Source: Limnothrix sp. BL-A-16 (lineage in GTDB: Bacteria > Cyanobacteriota > Cyanobacteriia > CACIAM-69d). Taken from it: a stretch of DNA of 64,000 nucleotides. The DNA lies in contig CP166615.1 in NCBI GenBank assembly GCA_041937175.2, positions 1,696,001 to 1,760,000 on the forward strand. Reading direction: 5' to 3'. The notes below the pieces were generated by a model that was not told where the DNA came from, did no database searches, and was given only the letters and a program-made list of their open reading frames with translations. The position numbers were made by a program, and so were the translations under genes. This document shows positions 22,563 through 29,643 of this stretch, piece by piece (within the stretch, counting starts at the first letter, position 1; each line of letters starts with the position of its first letter).

Positions 22563-24545
22563 TTAGTAAGGCGACGACCAGGAACGCACCTCGCCCAGGG
22601 TGACAGGAATGAGGTCGCTCACATCAATCGTAAAACGGAAGACCTTCTTGGCGCGGCGGCTGTTTTCCGGATCAAAGAACTTCAGTTGCACGTCCCAACA
22701 ATCGCTGTCCATCCGACAGAAGGGACTCTTGGACACATTGATGCTGTCCAGTTCCATCCCCGCGCCAACGGCTTCCGAGAAGGTTTGGGCGGCTTGGAAC
22801 GCATTGGTGGCAGCGAAGTTGAGAGCGCGGTCTTGGGAGGTTTGGCCCAAGTTGCGGAGATCGTAATAAATTCGATTCAGGAAGCTGCTGAGCGTGCGGC
22901 GCATTTGGCTTTCATTGCCGTCCTGTTCGGTACCCACGGCTTCTAGGGCGGTATCTACCAGGGTGTTGACGTGCCAGCCGTACATCCCACGTGGGCTTTG
23001 GGGTTCGATGACGGGGACGACTTGACCAGAGAACAGACGCACGGTGCGACCCGTAATCAGGCCGGGAATGCTGACCCGCTCAATGTAGTCTGGGCTGTCT
23101 TCAGCTTCGACCTGACCTGCCAAGAGGCCTTGGAGGACAGCATAGACTTCACGGGAGAAGGAACCCGTAGGCTCAATTGCATAAATCGGGGTCAATTCCA
23201 GGTTCAGCGTCCAAATCAGCGATTTGGTTTCTGATAGGTTTTCCCCTAGGTAATCGACCATTTGCCGCGCATCGTAGGGGTTGGCGGGAATCTGCGTTCC
23301 TTCAATGGCGTAGGGTGGCATGAGTTGTTTGAAGGTGTCGCGGCGGGCTTCGCTGCCGAAGTCGTAACCGAGAGTACCGATCGCGTAAACCATGCCATTA
23401 GCGGGTTCAGCAGCTTGGCTGGGGGTGATGGGGGCGCTGGTGGTTTCGGGCATAGGGGTTCCTGATGAAGTAATGGCGTTAACAGGGGTTTCGATCGCAC
23501 TGACCGTTACCAGGGCGGGTTGGCGCTCCTGTGGGGGAGAAACAATTTCTTCTGCTTCTTCCACGGGCGGGGAGGAACCGCCGCAACTGCAACCGGAGGC
23601 TTCTATCAGTGCGGTTTCTAAGCTTTGATCTTGGTCGTCAGACATACTGACTCCTATTAATTTTTCTCCGGTTAACTTTTGAACAGCCCCAGGAATATTC
23701 AGAACACCGACCAAACATTTGCGATCGTGTTCGGTGTCGGCAAGGGGACAAGGCAGAGCGGTTGCGAGGATGGCATCCCGCACCGCTTGGGGGTTAGGGT
23801 CGTCGCCCCGTTGCACCTGAAGGCTCAGCAGCAGGGCAGCCACACCCGAGATAATGGGAGCGGCAAAGCTAGTGCCACTGAGCCGAATGATGCCACCACC
23901 GGGACTAGCGCCGGGGATGTTCTCACCGGGGGCGAGAATGCCTTGGCTTTGGTAGGTTTCTCCCCAGTTGCTGAAATCTAGGGGATGACCTCTGGCATCC
24001 ATTGCACCAACCGCGAGGACGGCGGGTAGGGCGGCGGGGACATTCAGGCAGTCGCAACCATCGTTTCCGGCGGCGGCAACGATGAGGATGTTGCGTTCTT
24101 TGCAGGTTTGCACGGCGCGATCGAGCCAGTCTTCTGCTTCGCCAATATCGGTGAGAGCACCACCGCTGATGTTGATGATGTGCGCTCCGGCTTCGGCGGC
24201 TTGTTCTATGGCGCGGGCGAGATCCAGTTGGGAGAGTTTGCGGTTGTCGTCGGAGAAGACGGGGGCGAGGATGCCGCGACAGTGGGGGGCGAGTCCGGGA
24301 ACTTCGGTGTTGGGCTGCCCGAAAATCAGGCTGGCAATGTGGGTGCCGTGGGTGGACATGGCCCCGGTGGTGGCTTTGCCCAGGGCGAGGGTGGGGAGGC
24401 GGCTGAGGGTGGCACCAGCAAAGCAGGGATGGTCGGTATCGACAATGCCATCGAGGACGGCGACACGAATATCGGAAGAGCCTTGGGTGCGGGTTTGTAA
24501 GCTCAGAAGACCAGGAATTAATTCTTTCGCCAAACTCTGACTCAT
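22563..24545 (-). CDS. patA: Cyanobactin leader-cleaving protease (PatA type)
   Basis: VAVLDG / HGTHIAS / SGTSFAAP catalytic triad, SQLDLARAIEQA and C-terminal DUF. Confidence 0.94.
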   Translation of the reverse strand: MSQSLAKELIPGLLSLQTRTQGSSDIRVAVLDGIVDTDHPCFAGATLSRLPTLALGKATTGAMSTHGTHIASLIFGQPNTEVPGLAPHCRGILAPVFSDDNRKLSQLDLARAIEQAAEAGAHIINISGGALTDIGEAEDWLDRAVQTCKERNILIVAAAGNDGCDCLNVPAALPAVLAVGAMDARGHPLDFSNWGETYQSQGILAPGENIPGASPGGGIIRLSGTSFAAPIISGVAALLLSLQVQRGDDPNPQAVRDAILATALPCPLADTEHDRKCLVGVLNIPGAVQKLTGEKLIGVSMSDDQDQSLETALIEASGCSCGGSSPPVEEAEEIVSPPQERQPALVTVSAIETPVNAITSSGTPMPETTSAPITPSQAAEPANGMVYAIGTLGYDFGSEARRDTFKQLMPPYAIEGTQIPANPYDARQMVDYLGENLSETKSLIWTLNLELTPIYAIEPTGSFSREVYAVLQGLLAGQVEAEDSPDYIERVSIPGLITGRTVRLFSGQVVPVIEPQSPRGMYGWHVNTLVDTALEAVGTEQDGNESQMRRTLSSFLNRIYYDLRNLGQTSQDRALNFAATNAFQAAQTFSEAVGAGMELDSINVSKSPFCRMDSDCWDVQLKFFDPENSRRAKKVFRFTIDVSDLIPVTLGEVRSWSSPY

Positions 24546-24558
24546 AACTTCAGTGAGA

Positions 24559-25443
24559 TTAGGGATTTTGGCTCGTAAAAGCTTTGCTGTAATACAGATT
24601 CACGTTGTTAATTCTCCCCGCTTTCATCTCTGATTCTGAAAGGGCAACCCACATTCTTCTAGAACCCTCTTGTTGGAGATAAAAATCGTGAACTCGACGA
24701 GCCGTGTCGTTGATGGGAAAGTAGGATAAAAAATCTTCAATATTTTCTAGATGGTAGTAGAGAACATTGGCTTCATTGGCAGGACTCAAACCGATTCCAA
24801 ACAAACTGCAAAGAGGCAAGGGCTTGAGAGCTTCAGGAGACAGTATTGTTTTTAACTGGTTGTAGATGAAAGGATGATTAAATTCATCTTTTTTTAATTC
24901 AGGATAGAGTTCGATCGCACTACGACCATCTAAATAAAAGTCAAAGCCGATCTGCAAAGTATCTGATCGCAGCATGGCTTCGGACTCTGGAGTGATGTTG
25001 CAGAGGTGCTTGGCCACAGCCATTTTTTCGGGATAGTCACCAATGCGGATAAAGAGTTTGAGTTTGGATTCGCCAAGATTTTGACGCAGATCGATGCCCG
25101 CGAGGACAGTTTGAACTTTGCTGTAGTCAAAGTTGCCTGCCAAAAAGGTGGCAAGAATGTCGAGATTGAGATTGACATCGGTTCTGGATGCAGCGCGTTT
25201 TAGGAAGTCAATAGAGGTGTGAATATTGCGGGAATGTTGTTTATCGGAAAACTGAAGATCGATGCGGGCTGGGTAAAGCTGGTCTTGTTTGATTTTGCCC
25301 GAACATTCGATTAGACAGTCCCCTGTCGTGGCAACAAACTCTTCAAATAGTGCTAGGGGATAGAGCGGTTCGATATCAAAGACTTGTTTGTGGTTGCCAA
25401 TATATCTTAATTTTTCTTCTGGTGCGATCGTTGACTTAAACAC
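24559..25443 (-). CDS. patF: Cyanobactin prenyltransferase (PatF/LynF family, LimF-like)
   Basis: IECSGKI, GIDLR...SKLK, GFDFYLDGRSAIELYP and NLYY motifs; frame extends upstream to 25470 (LIKKRKGSK). Confidence 0.93.
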   Translation of the reverse strand: MFKSTIAPEEKLRYIGNHKQVFDIEPLYPLALFEEFVATTGDCLIECSGKIKQDQLYPARIDLQFSDKQHSRNIHTSIDFLKRAASRTDVNLNLDILATFLAGNFDYSKVQTVLAGIDLRQNLGESKLKLFIRIGDYPEKMAVAKHLCNITPESEAMLRSDTLQIGFDFYLDGRSAIELYPELKKDEFNHPFIYNQLKTILSPEALKPLPLCSLFGIGLSPANEANVLYYHLENIEDFLSYFPINDTARRVHDFYLQQEGSRRMWVALSESEMKAGRINNVNLYYSKAFTSQNP

Positions 25444-25497
25444 TTTGCTGCCCTTTCGTTTTTTGATGAGTCACTCATTCACAATTTGCACAAAGCG

Positions 25498-26283
25498 ATG
25501 CCCAGAAAACCGAGAATTTTCAAGCAGGGATACGCTTATCACATCACAACCCGCTGCAACAATCGGGAGTTTAAACTATCGCGGCGAGAATGTCGGGAGG
25601 TGTTTCTTTATGCCATTCGCAAGGCATTGGATAAGTTCGGGTTCAAGCTGTACGGGCTGTGCATTATGTCGAACCACGTTCATTACCTGCTGGAACCCAC
25701 TCAACCCGAGGATTTGCCGAAAATTATGCACTTCCTCAATTGGTACACGGCGATGTGTTTTAATCGGATGCTCGGAAGAACGGGGCATTTTTGGGAAAAG
25801 CGGTATTTCTGCGATGGGTTTCCGGCGACCGACCGAGACAGAACTTTAAATACCCTGCGTTACATTCACGGCAATCCAAAAGCGGCAAAAATGCGTTCTA
25901 CCTTCTTCTATGAATTCGGTAACTACGGCAGCTACGAACGCTTGACTGATGATGGATTAACCCAGTGGCATCCAGCTTTTCTGCGACTGGGCAGAAGTTT
26001 GGAGGAATGTGCCAAGAAATACAAGGGTTTTTGTCAGCGATATAAGCCGAAGTCTAAAGAGCCAAGGAAATATGCTTGGGGTAGCCGCCTGCTGGCTGAT
26101 GCTCGTTTATCCAGTCGGGGAGGTGGGGAAAAAAGCCAGGTTGAGGGTCGAGAAAGACTCAACCCCAACCGTCTGGCTGACCCCACCCGGTGCCAGGTAT
26201 CGGAATGCCCTGAAGTGACGAGGGTTGCCCGTCAATTCATTGAGGCGAACCAAGCGCCTTGGCACTCAGAAAAAGGGTTTTGA
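25498..26283 (+). CDS. RAYT-like HUH (Y1) tyrosine transposase
   Basis: MPRKPR start, YHITTRCNNR, HUH motif MSNHVHYLL, GHFWEKRY and catalytic YIHGNP; uninterrupted ORF. Confidence 0.88.
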   Translation: MPRKPRIFKQGYAYHITTRCNNREFKLSRRECREVFLYAIRKALDKFGFKLYGLCIMSNHVHYLLEPTQPEDLPKIMHFLNWYTAMCFNRMLGRTGHFWEKRYFCDGFPATDRDRTLNTLRYIHGNPKAAKMRSTFFYEFGNYGSYERLTDDGLTQWHPAFLRLGRSLEECAKKYKGFCQRYKPKSKEPRKYAWGSRLLADARLSSRGGGEKSQVEGRERLNPNRLADPTRCQVSECPEVTRVARQFIEANQAPWHSEKGF

Positions 26284-26316
26284 CCTGTTTTGAGGTGGAT
26301 GATAGAATGAGGCGTG

Positions 26317-26466
26317 TTACTCCGCATCGTCTCCCGCAAAAGGATTGTATTCATGACTACGTCCGTGGGGCGTGATCGCATTCCCATCACGAGAAACAGT
26401 CGCGGAAGTTTCGCGCTGCACGGGAGCCACGGTTTGCGGCATCAGCGCTTTCAGATCTTTCTTCAT
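26317..26466 (-). CDS. patE: Cyanobactin precursor peptide E1, core GRSHEYNP (missing from the ORF track)
   Basis: Manual translation MKKDLKALMPQTVAPVQRETSATVSRDGNAITPH-GRSHEYNP-FAGDDAE*; GAGG 8 nt upstream of ATG. Confidence 0.93.
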   Translation of the reverse strand: MKKDLKALMPQTVAPVQRETSATVSRDGNAITPHGRSHEYNPFAGDDAE

Positions 26467-26519
26467 GGTCTTTGCCTCAAGTTGAGTGAGGGGCATTGTT
26501 CCTATCAGGAACTACAGAG

Positions 26520-26549
26520 AAGCTAGCCCTCTTTATTCAGCATCGTCAA
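26520..26549 (-). promoter_or_regulatory. Putative sigma70 promoter of the precursor gene (repeated in every cassette)
   Basis: Minus strand TTGACG-N18-TAGCTT. Confidence 0.45.
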
Positions 26550-26820
26550 GACTAGGGTATAAAAGATTGCATCTACAATTTCTTTATTTTTGATGCAATC
26601 AAGCTCAGTGAAAAGAGAGCAAAAATGGTCAGGCAACTGCAGTAGAGAAATAATTCAGTTGCCTGTTTTGGAGCCTTGCGATCTAACAACCTAGTGCCAG
26701 GTATCGGAATGCCCTGAAGTGACGAGGGTTGCCCGTCAATTCATTGAGGCGAACCAAGCGCCTTGGCACTCAGAAAAAGGGTTTTGACCTGTTTTGAGGT
26801 GGATGATAGAATGAGGCGTG

Positions 26821-26976
26821 TTACTCCGCATCGTCTCCCGCAAAAGGATCCCAACTCCTAAATGAACCCGAATCGTGGGGCGTGATCGCATTCCCATCAC
26901 GAGAAACAGTCGCGGAAGTTTCGCGCTGCACGGGAGCCACGGTTTGCGGCATCAGCGCTTTCAGATCTTTCTTCAT
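26821..26976 (-). CDS. patE: Cyanobactin precursor peptide E2, core DSGSFRSWDP
   Basis: Same leader and FAGDDAE follower as E1. Confidence 0.93.
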   Translation of the reverse strand: MKKDLKALMPQTVAPVQRETSATVSRDGNAITPHDSGSFRSWDPFAGDDAE

Positions 26977-27330
26977 GGTCTTTGCCTCAAGTTGAGTGAG
27001 GGGCATTGTTCCTATCAGGAACTACAGAGAAGCTAGCCCTCTTTATTCAGCATCGTCAAGACTAGGGTATAAAAGATTGCATCTACAATTTCTTTATTTT
27101 TGATGCAATCAAGCTCAGTGAAAAGAGAGCAAAAATGGTCAGGCAACTGCAGTAGAGAAATAATTCAGTTGCCTGTTTTGGAGCCTTGCGATCTAACAAC
27201 CTAGTGCCAGGTATCGGAATGCCCTGAAGTGACGAGGATTGCCCGTCAATTCATTGAGGCGAACCAAGCGCCTTGGCACTCAGAAAAAGGGTTTTGACCT
27301 GTTTTGAGGTGGATGATAGAATGAGGCGTG

Positions 27331-27554
27331 TTACTCCGCATCGTCTCCCGCAAAAGGATTAAAAGGATTACTCATCACTTCACTTCCGTTCCGCAATTCA
27401 ACCCAACATGATCAAACCAACACAAACCACCCCCGGGGCGTGCAATCCACGCCCGGGGCGTGATCGCATTCCCATCACGAGAAACAGTCGCGGAAGTTTC
27501 GCGCTGCACGGGAGCCACGGTTTGCGGCATCAGCGCTTTCAGATCTTTCTTCAT
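27331..27554 (-). pseudogene. patE: Cyanobactin precursor E3 with an expanded, frameshifted core
   Basis: Leader frame stops at TGA 27375-27377; follower FAGDDAE is in another frame (cassette is +74 nt relative to E1). Confidence 0.8.
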
Positions 27555-27908
27555 GGTCTTTGCCTCAAGTTGAGTGAGGGGCATTGTTCCTATCAGGAAC
27601 TACAGAGAAGCTAGCCCTCTTTATTCAGCATCGTCAAGACTAGGGTATTAAAGATTGCATCTACAATTTCTTTATTTTTGATGCAATCAAGCTCAGTGAA
27701 AAGAGAGCAAAAATGGTCAGGCAACTGCAGTAGAGAAATAATTCAGTTGCCTGTTTTGGAGCCTTGCGATCTAACAACCTAGTGCCAGGTATCGGAATGC
27801 CCTGAAGTGACGAGGGTTGCCCGTCAATTCATTGAGGCGAACCAAGCGCCTTGGCACTCAGAAAAAGGGTTTTGACCTGTTTTGAGGTGGATGATAGAAT
27901 GAGGCGTG

Positions 27909-28064
27909 TTACTCCGCATCGTCTCCCGCAAAAGGATTACTATGAGTAGGATGTAGTAGTCCGTGGGGCGTGATCGCATTCCCATCACGAGAAACAGTCG
28001 CGGAAGTTTCGCGCTGCACGGGAGCCACGGTTTGCGGCATCAGCGCTTTCAGATCTTTCTTCAT
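27909..28064 (-). CDS. patE: Cyanobactin precursor peptide E4, core GLLHPTHSNP
   Basis: Same leader and FAGDDAE follower as E1. Confidence 0.93.
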   Translation of the reverse strand: MKKDLKALMPQTVAPVQRETSATVSRDGNAITPHGLLHPTHSNPFAGDDAE

Positions 28065-28403
28065 GGTCTTTGCCTCAAGTTGAGTGAGGGGCATTGTTCC
28101 TATCAGGAACTACAGAGAAGCTAGCCCTCTTTATTCAGCATCGTCAAGACTAGGGTATAAAAGATTGCATCTACAATTTCTTTATTTTTGATGCAATCAA
28201 GCTCAGTGAAAAGAGAGCAAAAATGGTCAGGCAACTGCAGTAGAGAAATAATTCAGTTGCCTGTTTTGGAGCCTTGCGATCTAACAACCTAGTGCCAGGT
28301 ATCGGAATGCCCTGAAGTGACGAGGGTTGCCCGTCAATTCATTGAGGCGAACCAAGCGCCTTGGCACTCAGAAAAAGGGTTTTGACCTGTTTTGAGGTGG
28401 ATG

Positions 28404-28642
28404 GTAAAGTGCCATCGTCACCAAACGGCGAAGTAGTGATACACCGCTATGCGGGGTCGTCCACCTGCCTTGATGTGACGGGCAACAGGGCTTCCCGGAG
28501 TTGCCATTGGTCATCAGTTAAATCACCTGGGTAGGATAGAGACACGGCTAACGGGGTCTATTGAGTCGATCTGTTGATCTAGTGACAAAATCTAATGACA
28601 ACCGGCTGATATCGTTAGCTTTTTTGCGTTTCAGATATTCCC
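28404..28642 (-). pseudogene. Internally deleted IS1031-like (IS5 family) transposase remnant with left end
   Basis: Fragments SYPGDLTDDQWQLREALLP, AGGRPR and VYHYFAVW/DDGT in shifting frames; end CGTTTCAGATATTCCC followed by TCA. Confidence 0.75.
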
Positions 28643-28695
28643 TCAGGCAAACTTTTCCAGCGATCGAGTGAGCAGTAGCATCAGCGAGGCAGCCT

Positions 28696-29439
28696 ATGTC
28701 CATAAAGTCTGCGGACTATGAGGAAATTCTGGCGACTTATAGTGGGCGGCAGGCGGCGATCGAGCTGCTGCGGGAATATCGGCCCTACTTGGAACTGTTG
28801 CCCAGTATGCGGCGGCCCCTGGACAGCACCGTGGTGATTACGTTGCCGTTGGCGCGGATCGATCCCGACGTGTTGGAAATGACCCAACTGGCCGAGGTGG
28901 CCGATGTGAGCCGATCGCGCCGTCGCCATCCGATCGAGTCCGAGCGATCGACCAACAAGCCGGGCCGACAGGCGGTGCGGTTGCCCTGCGAGATTGCCCT
29001 CCTGATGTGCGATCCCGAGTGGCAGGTAACCACGGGCGTGGCGGTGTTTGTGTTTGTGCATCGGCCCAACGAGGATTTTTATGGGCTGATGAGTCGCTGG
29101 CGACAGACGCAATTGCTGCTCGATCGGGATTATGAATGGGTGATGCCCCTGGCTTACCGCCATGTGGTGGGCGATCGGGCCGATCGGATCTATCCGCTGT
29201 TTTTGCTGTCGGAGCGATCGCCCGAACGATTGCAACGGGGCTTGAAGGGCGCAACCTTACCCTATGTGGTTTGTCCAACCCAGGCGGAACCCCCCGCCCG
29301 ATTCGATCTTCAGGCCGACCATACCCCCGCTCCCACCACCGATCTGACCCGCGAAACGCCCCATCCGGGCCCGGGGCGATCGGCCCGCGATGCCCAACCC
29401 ACCTCTGATCCAGAGCTGGAAGGCGATCTTTGGGTTTAG
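28696..29439 (+). CDS. Hypothetical protein
   Basis: 247-aa ORF, HIP1-rich like host genes; function not recognised. Confidence 0.7.
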   Translation: MSIKSADYEEILATYSGRQAAIELLREYRPYLELLPSMRRPLDSTVVITLPLARIDPDVLEMTQLAEVADVSRSRRRHPIESERSTNKPGRQAVRLPCEIALLMCDPEWQVTTGVAVFVFVHRPNEDFYGLMSRWRQTQLLLDRDYEWVMPLAYRHVVGDRADRIYPLFLLSERSPERLQRGLKGATLPYVVCPTQAEPPARFDLQADHTPAPTTDLTRETPHPGPGRSARDAQPTSDPELEGDLWV

Positions 29440-29643
29440 TGAGGGTCACCGATCGTTTTCTTTGGGGCCAATTCGGTCTTAGGCAACGACTGAGACCCGG
29501 ATTGGGCCCGGTATCCAATCGGTTGCTTTTGTACCTTGAGTGGCATTGGGCGACACAGCGCCGTTTTCAGCGTGATCGTATAATGCCAAAGCCATCCCAC
29601 AAGGCTGGCCATCCCCTCCCCACAGCGTTTAGCTAGGTTAACG

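Larger units (their letters stand above)
26190..28403. repeat. Tandem array of 4 precursor cassettes plus a terminal 112-bp partial copy
   Basis: Units start at 26190, 26694, 27204, 27782 and 28292 (periods 504, 510, 578, 510); only differences seen outside the cores are SNPs at 27238 and 27649. Confidence 0.97.

Noticed and set aside
26467..26496. MPLTQLEAKT N-terminal extension of the precursors
   Set aside because: The downstream MKK start matches typical cyanobactin leaders and has a well-spaced GAGG; the upstream ATG cannot be fully excluded.
26314..26526. Plus-strand ORFs in the cassettes (26314-26526, 27408-27614)
   Set aside because: Antisense shadows of the precursor genes.
27440..27464. 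ATCACGCCCCGGGCGTGGATTGCAC resembles a type I-C CRISPR repeat
   Set aside because: Single copy, explained by local inversion and duplication of the leader end.
26190..28403. CRISPR array or DGR interpretation of the constant/variable array
   Set aside because: The constant part is ~480 bp and protein-coding, and there is no cas or reverse transcriptase gene in the window. Core differences include length changes and are not adenine-specific.
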